Source: Glycera tridactyla
Lineage: Eukaryota
Direction of reading: 5' to 3'
Assembly (NCBI GenBank): GCA_965644265.1
Contig: OZ286470.1
Location: forward strand, 80,290,001 to 80,354,000
DNA: 64,000 bases
How positions within the stretch are numbered: the stretch's first letter is position 1; each line of letters starts with the position of its first letter. Under the pieces are notes generated by a model. That model was not told the origin of the DNA and ran no database searches. It saw only the letters and a program-made list of their open reading frames with translations. This document shows, in pieces, positions 47,731-62,126 of the stretch. A program made the translations under genes and the position numbers.

Positions 47731-49949
47731 GTAGTACTACAATGGAGAGTTGAGAGGTCAAGAGGGTGCAGTGATGCATTTTCAGGTGCATCCTACTCAT
47801 TTCATGCTCTCTAAATGAAGGACAACTCATCAGTCAAGTCACTGACTTGAGAGGTTTCATTGTACGGGATTTCTTCACGGGTGTAAGATTCTTACATTTC
47901 TGACCACTGTCTTATCCAGATCAGACTCACATTATATTAGCATTGGTGGATCCGTAAATGTCCCAGGTGATCAGGGGAGGGGGGGGGGGGATGGCTAGAA
48001 AACAGGTGAGCGAATGAAATGGTAAAGCTGGGGGTCCACCACTGATGAGGCATTATGGGTCCTATATAATCCACCACTTTGTCATTGAAATACAACAATA
48101 TACTAAGATAACAGACATCATGTTACCATTCCTCATGCTACTACTTCCTAATGACCATAATTAAGGTCTAAAGTCAAGTATCCCAAGAGAACTACACTGT
48201 AGGATGCAGGTCGGAAATTAAACTCGTATCCATTCGTAATGAGACATAACTCCCAAAAGGCTATCAAGTTCCCGGTTGTACCTCACAGGCTAGGTTAGTC
48301 ATCCATCCAGTGGAATCGTATCACAGGGCATGAAGGTGAGTAGGGTGTGCCTGCATCGCTGGAGTTTCCGGGATTGTACATGGGTATGACGATGAGGTAT
48401 GGTGCTACATAGTAAGCCTGGGAGTTTGCAGCTGAAAGACAGCCAGGTGTTACGTATACATGCTGCTGCCTCCATCCCCGTCCCATCAATTAGTGATCAA
48501 TACATGATCCTCCACAACCAATCAGTCTACACTCAAATTACAAACATCACCAACAGCACCAAATCTACCAAAACTACAATATGCCCAAGACTGCATATTC
48601 ACATATCTACAAACTGCCTCATTACACAGAATAGTCACCAGAGTATGAGATTCATTGGAGCAGCCCAAACTGAAAGTATACGAGCAAGAGGCTGAATAGT
48701 CAGTCAAACATTGTTCCATCACATCAAACCTAAATAATGAAAGTCGGTTTCATTGTAATGATGAGATGATCTTGAACATTCTGGATCGTACCACTTATGG
48801 TATCCAGTGTACTTACTACCTTCTTAGCCACTGGAAATCTGTCTGAGAAATGATCAAGAGAGATTTCAAGCTGTGAATCTGCTATAGTGGATTTCCTCAG
48901 GGGGGAGTTCCCCAGTGAGAGCCTTTGTCAGAATATACCTTCATGAGAACATACATATACAAAATACTCTTCACGAGACCACATCTTGTCTACAGCCTAA
49001 TCTTGCTCGTCTTGCAGGGATATGGATGGTGGTGTTTGAAGGTAAGGGACTCTTGGACATTCTGAGGAATGGTTTTAATGGTTGCAGGGATGTGATTGGC
49101 TAACAACCATAAACCCTAAAAACCTGACCGTAGCCACTTTTCGCCGATATTTTGTGGACCAAGAAACCCCAAAACTACTAACCTGACCATAGAAACTTGC
49201 CACAAAATCCAATTTTCATCATGAAATCATGCAAAAAGAGGCCCGTTTTCAAATTGACATCACACAAGAATGAAGAATGGGGGGGGGGGGGGAGATTATG
49301 CAATCTTGGTGATCAAATGTACACCATGATTGGGGCTAGCTGTTATTACCTGGAAAATAGCATAAAAAAGAAACTAGCTTCAAACAAGAACACATTCTGT
49401 TCCTGAAGAGAGGGTCATATCTTCACTTCAAGGTGATCCAGAGAAAAAAACTTAATTTATATATAAATCATGCTGCCACGACTGCATTGGTGACATTCCT
49501 GTTGTAATTCTGTGATATGGACCAGCTCAAGCCCAACCCCTGAACATGTGACTCACATAAACATACAATTCTTGTAGGAATTTGGTGGGTCATCCATATC
49601 ACAAGATCACCATTACACCATGTTATCATTAGTGTGGCCTGCAATGGGAGACCCCAAAAAGAGACCACCCAGACAGGAGAACACTGCCACTGGGCAGGTT
49701 TCCTATTTGTCATAGTCAAATATACCTCCAATGGGAGACCATCTTTTTGGGACATTTAGAGCAGTCTTTCGTCACATGTTTCACTGTACTGCCCTCAGCC
49801 TTGTGAAATCTCTTGGCATGGGGGAGGTCATGGTCATTGGGCACCATCTAGGCTATTCTCGGGCAAACCAATGAATTGGGCAAGGGTGGACTCATTCTAT
49901 ACCCATCCATCAATCGAATGTCTCTCTAAGGGAGGGTGATCTATCACGA

Positions 49950-50045
49950 AAATCCAGGCTCGAATCCACACAAAAATCGGATGATTACTGTAATTTGTAC
50001 ATTCCAATGGTGTATTGGGAAACACAGTTTCATACTAAACTATCC
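49950..50045 (+). mobile_element. SINE fragment of the 241-420 family
   Basis: B-box GGCTCGAATCC followed by the shared body motif. Confidence 0.65.
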
Positions 50046-53000
50046 CAGAATCATTTTTTCAATTAGAAAAAATATGGAGTACATTTCTTTATATGTGAAA
50101 TCATATTCCAGCAACTATCTACTCCAATGATATCCAAATACAGTCAAACCTGCTCTAAAGACCACCTCTCTATAGAGACCACCTCTCTATAGAGACCACC
50201 TCTCTATAAAGACCACCCTGAGCTGTGACCATGGTAGTATTTTCAACAGTAAATGACCTCTCTATAAAGAACACCTGCCTATAAAGACCACTTTTTGATG
50301 ACGGAAGGCGGTCTTTATAGACAGGTTCAACTATAAAACCCAACCTGTCTACAAAGACCACCATTTGTCATCTGAAAAAGCTGTCCTCATAAGCAGGTAG
50401 TTTCTGCCCTTATGAAACTGTGTACAAAGCAAAAACATTTCTTAAGCGACCTTGCTACATTCATCCAATCAGAGTATTTTCAATTCAATTTACCTGTACT
50501 AAGCATGCACTCTTGAGAGTGGTCTAGGTAAGCAGGTGGCATTTGTACAAAGGTGGACTTCTGGATTTATGCTGACAACTATGTGTGCATTTAGGGTAAA
50601 TCAAATTCCATGAAACTTTTATCAAAAGGCGCGTAGTTAGGTTATCTCCGTGATTATGATTCAATAGCCATATATATATAGGAAGAGTGTCACTGATTTT
50701 AATTCAAGAGCCAGATATAGGTTGTTGATACAATGGTCTGTGGGTGTAATGCTGATTACGACATGGGCGTATGGGAGTGGTATGGGAGTAATCTGACTGG
50801 CTGGGGCGAGCCTGTACATGTTAAATGTTAGATTAATGGTAATCTGGACACATGTAAACACTAGTCTAATGAATTGTGTGTGGGATTAAAATGACTGGCA
50901 TACACTGAAGTGGTCCATCGTGAGTGGAGAGTGGTACAGAGTAGGTCAGCTCGGACTGTGATCATTGAAGCTTACAAGTACAACTCAACCTGTAATGTGA
51001 TCACCTTCCCCCTTTTTGTCACAGGATCATTGATGGGCAACCTCTCTATAAAGTTGTGTTCAGATACCCTGTTTCTAAGTAACAAACAAGTACAGTGAAA
51101 CCTGTGATGAGAGACCGCTCTAAATGTCAGCAAAAACTGGTCTCTCAAAAGAGGTGGTCTCTTGTCAGAGGTGTATATTTGACTATGTCAAAGAGAAAAA
51201 CTGCCCTGAAAAAGTGGTTACACGTTTGAGGTGGTCTTTCTTCAAGGGGTCACTCGTTGTGGGTTTCACTGTAGTTTAAACTACTGCTAATGCAAAAGCT
51301 CGCCATGAAACAGATGTGATTGGTTGATAACCAAAAACACTGAAGAGATTTTGTGTATAACTAAAATCTCCACTAATTCTGGACCGACGTTCATCATGTA
51401 AGGGCCAGAATGATCAGTGTAAATACAGTCTTCCATCTAAATTTATCATTATATAAGAATCATCTGGAAACATAGACTTTGAAGCATAAACATCTGATTT
51501 ATATTTATCCAAAGCTTTTTGTCAAATTGCTGAACAGTGATGAGAGACAAGTGGTTCGAACCACTTCTGATCTCTTGTGTATGGTTTCTTGTCATATAGG
51601 AGAAAGTAACCATGAAAAACACTGATGTGACAAATGGTCCTAGGTTATGATAGCCCTTGTTGGGTTCAGCTTGATGCTGTGTAATCTCAGCCACTGCTAA
51701 TCAATCCTACATGACTTTCACCACAACACTAATATTTCCACCACATGAAGATACGATTCATGTGAATGCATTATAGCAAGTCATTCTGCTCCATTTCGCT
51801 CAAACTTACATAGAAACCTGCATTGAGGGGCGGTCCCAATTGAGACAGAGAATATCCCTTAATCCATTTTATTCTGTCAGCAATGACCTGATAGGGTATC
51901 CTCTTCATAAGTGTGTATCTGAAACCATTTTGGATGAACGGGAAGTATACAATAAAGTTGTACAGTGAAACCTGTCTTGGGAGACCCCTCTTTTGGGAGA
52001 CCACCCTCTCATGGGGGACCGCTCTTTATCGGCTCTTCTCTATTTGACATAGTCAAATATACCTCCAATGAGAGACCACCTGTCTTGAGAGACTACTTTT
52101 CGATAGCATTTGGGGCAGTCTCCCAAGACAGGTTTTACTGTACCAATAAAACTGGTCAGATGAGGAATGGCTACTTTAGCTGAGGAACTGGTAGAAACAC
52201 CACTCAAAGGGACACAGAGGAAAACATGGTGAATTAGGACAGGTCATCAGTGAAAAACCAGGTCGGGGTTTCGGCCACTTTCATTTTCAGACCCCCGTAG
52301 AAGGGAGACCTGGCGGGCCAGTCAAGTCTGTTGGACTCAAGACCTGACCCCTGTCCAATTCAAACTTTACCATACACCAACAAATGTTGAACATGGACAT
52401 CCAACATCCTAACTGAAGAAGAGGGTTGTCATAGCGTTGGCATAGACAATCTTAGGTAGCCACAAAATGGCACCCTCCTATGTAGTAACATGGCCCTCTA
52501 AAGACAGCAGGGTTGATGCCCATCCTAGCTGGGGATGGGAGCATACCTCTCCTGGTCCAGGGATGGCATTCCAGCAAGTGTGTCTTATGAGGACTGGTGT
52601 ACTGGGAAACTGAAATGCTTCTCCCCAAGATGAAGTCAAATGTGATCAGGTTAATGGCTACTTTAGCATTCGAAACATTACCGTCACTTTAGGATTGACA
52701 AACTATACAGTAAAACCTGCAGTGAAACCTGCAATGAGAGATCCCCAGATGAGAGACCACATCCGATGAGGTACCACTATCATAGGGCAGATTCCCTATT
52801 TGACATAGCCAAATATAACATAGTCAAAAGATCACTTCTTTTGAGACCACTTCTTGTTGACATTTAGGGCGGTCTCTCATCACAGTTTTCACTATAGTAT
52901 TGATTCCAATGGAGGATCTGCAAGAAATATCCCCTAAAATTGAGCTCAAGAGCACAAAATGTTGAAGACAAGGTTTGAATGTGCCCTTAAATTATATACT

Positions 53001-56000
53001 ACCTCTGAGTATAACTTTCTCAGGGGAAATTTGCCAGCATCTGGCTATGGGCTGCGTTATATCTGAGCAATCACACTGCAGTATTGTAGCAGCCTCATTA
53101 ACACTGCAGTGGCAGCGAGTTATCGTGACTGTATTAATTCATACAAAATTAACACGGCGCATTCTTCATCAACACACAACGTAACCCCGGGTGACACTAA
53201 ACACCTTCCCCATCAACACTCGACGCCGGCGCTGGCGGACGGGAGGAGGCGCAGGCAGACGAGGAGCGTATCAATAATTCATGCCGGCCACATCTTCAAC
53301 TATCTGACGAGCTGCCAACCTACATCTCCATTCACCTGGGATTATACCTGCTCCGGGAGATACTATTCACACGTAACTTAATGGGCTCTACTGCAGGCTA
53401 ATTGAGAGCGGTGGGCAAATCCAAAAATATTCTATCACTATTCCATGATTGTTGTGTTGATGAAATAGATCTGAAAACAGGAGATAGAAATTCCAGTTTC
53501 TGGATGAAGAATACCTCCAGACCTTCAGAATATCTCAGGGATCAACACTAAGGGATGGTCTACTGTCACAGGCAGGCAGATTAGTTGTTAAGGCAGGTGG
53601 GTTATCAGTCTGATTGAAGAAGGGCAGGTGAAAATCCCACTACACCTGCCCGAACAGCAAAAGGAACAAGAGATACACTCAGTCAGTGTGGGTGCCCCGT
53701 TGAGAAATAGCCACTCCAAAATCATTAGGAGTAGCCTAAACTACAGCTGTGTTCCGACTTTTAACTTGATAAGTCAAATACTGTTTGAGTTGTCATCCGT
53801 AAACCCAAGAGTACACACACACACGCACGAAAATGTGGAGCCCCGCTTGAGACAGTCTAGCGCAGGGATAATTTCATGCTGTGCCCTGTGGCAAATGGCA
53901 CATAAAGTTGTGAAAGGGCACATTAAACCCTTTACCTTGTGCCCAGAAGGCACATGGAATTATCCATACTTTGATATGATTATATGCTTTGAGGCACACA
54001 CAAATCTGAAATGGCACATGAAATCTGCCTCAATGTGCCCAAAAGACCCATACATAATCCCGTGCAAGAAGATCCCTGCTAGTGGGACCTTTCGGCGGAT
54101 GAACTGGAAATATCACGCCCTCAATGATGGATGAAAGAACCTACTTGGCTACTGAGGGCACCTACACAGTTATTAATCGAACTCTGCGCACATAGTCTGA
54201 GGAGGAACCATACAGCCACAGTGATGTGGCCAAAAGGCACACACAATTTGACATAGCCTGATGACATTAATGTCGAACCTGTCTACAAAGGCCACCTTCG
54301 GTCGCATCAAAAAGTGTGGCCTTTTTAGAAGTCATATACTGTGGAGAACACTATCACAGTTGCAGCTCAGGGTGGCCTTTGTAGGCTTGTAGGCTTTGTA
54401 GAGAGGTGGTCTCTCATGCAGGTTTGACTGTACATGGTCTGAGGCACATGACAGAGTAAGAGTACACATGGGAACTTTGAAGAGACACAGCTATTACGTT
54501 TGAAAGTCTCATTAGCTTTATGAAGGCTCCGTGTCCTGCATTCAATGGCCTCCATAGGTAGAAGTGGTCATGGTCCTCTCCAATGCACAATTTGAGGTCA
54601 AGCACAGTAGGCCAAATATCATGATTAAATCTACTCAATTTGAGTACCATTAAATCCATCCATTCAATCCATCCATTCAATCAAAAGACCTATGCCCCAT
54701 GCAAGAAAATTAGGGATTGCATGCACAGATTCTGGCGATTGTATGCATAGTGAATCAGTCCGGAAATCAAACTCAACTGGCAGTTGGCCAGAAGGTCACA
54801 AAACCACCCAGGAACCTAAAGGATCACACATTCATTAACTGCGTGTAGCTTCTCATCACGGAATTAGAACATCCACTCCTGAGGGACCCTGTTCTGTCTT
54901 GACCTTGTATTCCCTAATAATCCCGTCTTTTGCCGATCAGATTCAAAGGACACCAAGACATAAAGCAGCAAAAGCACATCTCCAAATCAAATTTAGTCAG
55001 ATTCCCCTAATATCACTCACATATACACAGTGAAACCTGTGATTGAGCCTGCCCACTAAAAGAAAAAGGGGTCTCGCTAGAAAGGGGTCTATATTTGGAG
55101 ATAACTTCATTTATACAGACAGGGGCAGTACATTCATGCGGCATACATGGAAAAATTCTATTCAACAATTTATTAGGCCATAGGCCTAATCTAACACTGC
55201 CATCTGTGTAACAATTTTTTCTAATGGGTGAAAACTGACATGGGTGAAATATGCATGTTCAAATAGAAAATGTCCAGCACCTGACTATCGTGATAGGTAG
55301 AAATTGCTTGGTATTCACAACAGACTTCTATTCAAGTTCTATTGTACTCAATAACTCTCGTCCAGTAGATTCAATGATTGATCAATGTGGCAAACCATGC
55401 TCTGATTGTGCTTCTATAGCAAATCTACATTCATGTACTTTCTAATAAGAGCGTTTTTTAAACTATTTACTGTTTTCTCATTTCTTAGTTCCTGGTCAAT
55501 GCTACTCCAGAGTTTAGCTCCAACATGTGTCTATTTGGTGATGCCAAATAGAAAACTAGCTGGTCTCGTCTTAAAATCCTGACTGTATTATCAAAACTTG
55601 ATTTGTGAATAGGCAGGCATGGGCAGATTTGCTGTTAGGGCAGGTGATCTTGTAGGTTAGTGTACAATTATAAGCAGCAGGCAGGTGAGGATGGCAGGTG
55701 ACACCCCATACTACCGGCCCAAAGGACAGCTGAAGAGAAATCTTTATGTAGAGCCCAGAACATTGGCATCAACCCTCTTGTGGTTTTGATGGTGAGCTTA
55801 CTTGATTTGTGATTGATTGATAGATTGACTGACTGTTTGATTGAAGTTTAACAGCATGAATCAGCTGAAAGGATTCCATGTACAGTCGAACCTGTTCTAA
55901 AGACCACCTCTCTATAAAGACCACCTGAGCTGCGACCGTGGTAGTATTTTTAACAGTAAATGACCTCTCTATAAAGACCACCTGCCCATAAAGACCGCTT

Positions 56001-59000
56001 TTTGATGCGACCAAAGGCGGTCTTTATAGACAGGTTCGACTGTACTGTGTAATCCTGGTCTATGGAAGCTGAATGCTGTCTCCAGCAGAAAGTCACGTTT
56101 GGTGTTTTTTTCATGTGAAACATGATTACAGATCCAAATTGGCAAAAAGAAACTGGATGGCTACAGCCAAATTGACTGGAGAAAATACTTCTCGAGCCAG
56201 TCATTTGATGTATTAGTATCTTACCGTGAATCTGTTGGCGACCAACTAGCAGTAAAGTTGATTGATATTGATTCAATTTAGTAGAAAAGATAAGTTCTTC
56301 TATTTTTAGAAATGATCTTTTTCTTTTGAATCTGATGCTAAAAGGTGTATCTCTTTATCACTATGTTCTCTAGCTCTACTAATACTGGTCCGATTCCCAT
56401 GATCTAAAATCCAAAATAATTGGCATGAAATGCTCTTTTCTGTCATATGCATGGTTTGCTGCAGTTGTGATCAAAAACTCGCGGAACAATCACATCCCTG
56501 AATATATGCCTGTTGATAATATGTGCAGCCGGATTACCATGAACTACTGGGCACCCACCCTCCTACGTTATTCAGAGTGGGGACATTTGTTTCAACTACT
56601 TCCAAAGTTAGTGACAACACCCATGGGGCAGTGGACACTGTCTTTCAGATAGCTGAAATCAATAGTTCATACCTCACAGCGACATTTTCAAAAGAAATGA
56701 ATTGAATAAAGATCAATTTTGTGCTGATGACAATGCAGAGAAGGTCATATCTGGAATAGAAGGTTTACTAAATAAGAAGGGTTAATGCTATGAGGACTTC
56801 ACCGGATGGACTATGGATGGACTAAAATCAACATCCTACTAGTCTGACTGGGTGGCACTTATGGCACTCATGGCGCACCAGTGGATACATAAGGGTCACA
56901 TACAGTGAAACCTGCAACGAGAGACCACCCTAAATGTCACCGAAAATGGTCTCTCAAAAAAGATGGTCTCTCATCAGAGGTATATTTGACTATGTGATGT
57001 GAGAAATTTTTACTGCGAGAGCAGTCTCTCATCTAAGGTGATCTCTCATCGAAGGTGGCCTCTCGTTGCAGGTCTCACTGTGCCCTAATATTGCGACATT
57101 TCATGCAGTGGGGCATCCACAGATGAGAGGGAACACTGCCATCACTTTCATCATGATACCAGCCTCAGAGCCTGGATCAGGTGGATCACTGCTTATCAAT
57201 ATGACATAATGAGTCACATATTATGCAAGGACAAACCCAAATTGACCTCATCTCCCATGTACAGTGAAAACTGTGATGAGAGACTGTCCTAATTATAAGC
57301 AAAAAGCAGTCTCTCAAAACAGGTGGTCTCTCATCTCAGGTATATTTGACTAAGTCAAATAGAACAGCTGCCCTGAAAAAGTAATCTCCAATGGGAGGTG
57401 GTTCCTATTCACAGGGTCTCTCATCGCAGGTTTCACGGTACTACTAAAATAAAATACAAACTGAACCCGGTTAAATCTAGATTAGGTGGTCTCAGTCATC
57501 AAAGTTATAATAAAAGTTGTCTCAAAAACAGGTATTTCTAGTAATGTAAAGTGGTACTCTATTCGAAAATGATTGTGCAGAAGAGATCATATTTCATTAG
57601 GGTCTCCCGTTGCAAGTTCGACTTCTACAACAAGACTGCATGTATATGATTGTTCTACCTTGGGAAAAGATGAGTTAGAATTTTTGCAGTCAAAATGCAT
57701 TCACATGAACCTTTCTGGTGGGTTTCTCACACACCTATCCCGGGGGTCTCCCATTGCAGGTTTCACTGTGCAGTTTATTCTCTGTATGGAGACCACCGTT
57801 ATTTGTACCAAAAAGTGTCTTTTGTTGTAAGGTGACCTTTGTAGAGGTCATTTTCTGTAAAAAAAAAATACCCTCTCAGTCACAGCACAGGGTGGCCTTC
57901 TTAAGCAGGAGGCCTTTGTAAAGAGATGGAAGCTCGGGCAGGTTCAACAGTACACAAATCCTGACCTCATATGACCTGTGAACTATACACTACATTACAG
58001 GTGGGTTGCAACCCCCCCCCCCCCCCCCCCACCCCCACCCATTATATTACAATCTATGATATATCCTACTTTTCTTCTCATTATGATGAGATATATTCTG
58101 AACCCATTGATACATCAGCCACTGACTACAATGAAAATGCTCATGTTCAATCATCACGGACAAAAATAGTATAGCAGAACCAATTTCAAATAGTAGTAGT
58201 GTCAGTATTTGCAATGAAATGATAGGGAAAAACCTTGATTTTGCAGAGTAGCATCATGCGTAAAATGCAAAATCTTTGCCTAGAAACAGTAGTTGCTACT
58301 CGGAAATCATAGTGGTCAGTATCTCTGCAGGAATTCCCAGGTACTGCAAGTATATCCACCTATCATCGAGATTTCAAACGTTCAGGTAAATCCAAGTGAA
58401 TCATCCGATATCCAAACTTGACAGGTACGGTAATCCATGAGAATGTCATTACCATGAGAGTAGACTGTCTCTCATGACAGCAAACAGAGAATGGGAATTC
58501 CGAGTTGAGTACGAGTATCAGATTTGACCTCAGGTATGGGAATGAGTGGGATGTAGCCAGTTTACTAACACTCGGGCAGACAGGAGGGACGGGACTCCTG
58601 ATTAAGCGCGTCCGCCGGAGTTTATCCTAGCTAATAATACCGGGTCCACAGCTGACCACCCAGAGTGCCAGGATTCAGCCGCGGGATTAAGTCAGGGCCT
58701 TCAGATTTAAACCTGAACAGAAGGCTGTGATTACAGTCATTACCTTGAGCTGAATATATTACCTCAGCAGATGGTCCGTTCTTCACATTCAATCAAAATA
58801 GTCGAACCTGCTCGAGAGACCACCTCTCTATAAAAACCACCTGGCTATACCGGTCACCCTGAGCTGCGAGCGTTAGTGTTTTCAACAGTACCAAGGGTAC
58901 TCTTTATAGACATGTTTGACTGTAGATGGAATTGATTGGTTGTTTCTGTTTTATCATCATGTCAGAGCTATATCTGCTATATTGTGACACTCATACAATG

Positions 59001-59399
59001 GACAAGGATGAGATAAGAAACTCCTCCTCCTGGATCCTCCAAGGTGAAAACTCATCGAATTCAAGGTGTCATTTCTGTTATCAAATATATTGACCACAGT
59101 GGTGCCCTATGAAGATGGGATCAATTCACATGGCTTCCAGTAGATTAGTTGTTCTTGGCCACTTTGGTGCACATTGAGCATGGGATCAGTTCAATAGGGT
59201 AAAAAAGGTCTACACAGTGAAACCTGCAATACGAGACCACCACAGATAAGTGGCCACTTTTCCTGACAAGCTTTTCTATTTGACATACTGGTAGTCAAGA
59301 TGTTATGATCATCACAGAGAACAACTAGATAGGGAATATTCTAGAATATGAGTGATGTAGGAACCAGTGAGAAATGACTTGTATGTACCATGATATGAC

Positions 59400-59549
59400 A
59401 GTTGTGTGAACCTTTGAAACGGGATGGTTGCATCCTACGAGATGTCCCGCGCAACATTGCAAACTCATCTTATTATTTTTAATATTGTATGAATTGTGAT
59501 GTGCTTTTCGAAGTCAAATAAATGAATACTTACTTACTTACTTACTTAC
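59400..59549 (+). mobile_element. Short LINE-like 3' UTR fragment with (TTAC)n tail
   Basis: AAATAAATGAA followed by (TACT)5. Confidence 0.5.
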
Positions 59550-60899
59550 AGAACAAATATGAGAAGTGTCTGTTAAAAAGATATACACCTGTACCTGTCT
59601 GCAAGGGCCATGTGAAACCTGCCACTGGCTATCAACTAAGAATCTGAAATTCCAAGACTAACTTCATTTGACCAGATGGCGCAGCAGTCCTGAAGAAGAT
59701 GGCTGATGCCGTCATCAAAATTGTAAAAACTGTAGAAAGTAGAGTTTTCAGCTGTCTATAGAGGAAATTGACTTTCTGTAACCTGATGGGCAAATTCAAA
59801 GGCCACCAAATCTCAGAAAAGGCCCAATGATATTGGCTTTCAAAACCATGTTGATTCTCAAATTTTGGCCGCTCATTGATTATAATGAAGGATGGGTGCC
59901 ATCATTAGTTTCTCAGCCAAACAAGTTATGAATAATACAATCTTTTTCCAATGAGAGCAATCGAAAGGAAGCAGTTGTTACACATGCCATCTTGCAGTTT
60001 CTAGAGCATGCCAGATGAATCTAGCTCTGTTACATGTGGCAGTTACAGTTGAACCTGCTTGAGAGATCACCTTCATACAAAGGCCACCTTTATAAAGAGA
60101 AAAAGGTCGCACTACAAATAACACCAGTCTACAAAGATAATTGTTCAATTTGCAACCTAGTGTGGTCATCGTAGACACCTTCAACTGTAACAGTGTTGGA
60201 TATTAGGGGAGATTGTGAGACATTTGGCTCACATTTGAGTGTCATGTCTCACATTTTAAGAAGTAGGGAGACAAATGTCTCGCTTCTGTCCCACCCCAGA
60301 GCAAGCACTCGTAACATTTGTTCCATATTTGTGTAAATTGCCTCATATTTTGAATAGTGGCGAGACATTAGTCTTGCGTCAGCCATACCTCAGAGCCAAC
60401 ACTGCTGCCATCAAAGCAACAAGCGTGGACACACAGACCCTACAGATCGAGATTATGACAGCCTGGATTCTCACTCAGACTGGTTGATTGGTTGGTTGGT
60501 TGGTTGGTATGTCAAGATCAAATGGCATATCATAACTCAAGCTATTTTGTATACCAGGCAATACTGATTGGTACAAACCTGAGTGTATGGTCCTCTGCAA
60601 GCTCAACTTGAACAAATCTCAAATACAGGCGAACCTGCTTTAAGCCTTTAGCCCTCATATTCCTGTGGTGAGAACCCCTTCTCCTCCTCACTTTAATTTT
60701 TTTCAAATAATTGCCGGGCGATTCTGTTTTTTTGTGCCATCTCCCTATAAAGGCCACCCTGAGACGCGTCCATGGTAGTAGTTTCAACAGTGAATGACCT
60801 CTCTATAAAGACCACCTGCCTATAAAGGCCACTTTTCAATGCGACTGACGGCGGCCTTGATAAATAGGTTCGACTGTACATGGGAAGGCTGTCAAGAGA

Positions 60900-61175
60900 A
60901 AGTACCTGAAGCTCTCTAGTACAAATGATAAACTGCATTCGCGCTAGAACAATATTTCCTGTAGCATGTTTGGCTAAAGCCGCCACTCTGTTTTTAGCCA
61001 AATGCATGGTGAGATGATTCAATTTTGCCATAACTGTCATAATTTTAAAGTCATGTACCGGTATTGAGTTCATGACATAAGAAATCTGTTTTGCAACTCC
61101 AAATATCATCAAACATGGATTTCTCATGACTACATGATCTATATGGATGGTCCCTGTCTTCATCTACTAATGACT
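60900..61175 (-). pseudogene. Decayed coding relic homologous to ~9540-9790 (L2-like ORF2 inferred)
   Basis: Shared AKQIS/ANQIS, LTMHLAK/LTIHLAK and GNIVLA. Confidence 0.4.
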
Positions 61176-61530
61176 TGATCCTTTAAGCCAGTTTGAAGAA
61201 AAGGGGCACTGCGACCGGAGACCGTCCCTACTTTTTGCGAAAGATAGCAGTGGATCTTCAAAGTGCGTACAGGAAGAGGCTCCTATATACCCGGCCGGCC
61301 ATTGATATGCCAGCCAGCATGCACTGGGTTCTACATGAGAGGAGGGTGTCCCTGTATTCATTTGATAATGACTTGATCCTTTTAGCCAGTTTGGCTATAG
61401 ACTTGTCAATTTCTCAAATCAGATGAGTAGCTTTAGCCACCGGCTAATGGTTGGTGCCAACACAGATGAAGTACTGTACAACATGTACTTGATCAGATTG
61501 TGTTCCCTGCTCTATAAGAGTTTCACTCAC

Positions 61531-61609
61531 CTTCGCCACTGTCGGGATCAGGCTCCATTGAGGATGTATTCAATGTTTCACAGGCCATTGATGCTATATT
61601 ATCGTACAT
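61531..61609 (-). CDS. Candidate first coding exon (MYDNIASMACETLNTSSMEPDPDSGE)
   Basis: Strong AAG|GTGAGT donor in phase 1, 45 open codons upstream, CpG-rich flank. Confidence 0.35.
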
Positions 61610-62126
61610 TCTATCACAACTTGGAGATGTATCTCCAAACAGCGATATAATCCATCGGTACGCGCATCATCGACTGACTAGTTTGGCTTCTCATCGTAGA
61701 GTCTCACAACAATCTTACAAGTCAAACTGATCAATGATCGATCAATTATTCAGGCAATGACGTTAACTACGCGCTTCTCTTGTTTATTGTCCAACAAGCT
61801 GTATCAGATGAATAAAAACTCACCAGGATGTTGCAAAGTAAAGAATTCACCTGCAATTGCTGCAAATATGATATACAGACATGCCCTCTTAAAAACACCA
61901 TTACTCATTGTAGCCAATATCATACAATTACTCCCAGGAGTATTCAAATAGAGCCAACCTTGGGATACTACTATAAGGATGAACTTGCTTTAAGAAATTT
62001 TGTTTTTGCCACCCTACTCCAAATTCAATTCGAAGGACTCTTCTCGGCAATAGCTTCTGGTAAATTTACATTCTTTATTGAAAGCTCACAAATTATGGAT
62101 GTATATTTCTGGATATTAGGTATACC

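Larger units (their letters stand above)
49630..60876. mobile_element. Further MITE copies. A: 49630-49786, 51093-51271, 51963-52140, 52708-52894, 56903-57080, 57262-57438. B: 50141-50333, 54271-54430, 55883-56042, 58799-58922, 60627-60876
   Basis: Each shows the family TIR and internal motif. The span is an envelope only. Confidence 0.8.

Noticed and set aside
53628-54134. 168-aa and other 60-160 aa ORFs in the track (e.g. 37191-37685, 60693-61163)
   Set aside because: They read through MITEs or repeats, lack domain motifs, and are of lengths expected by chance.
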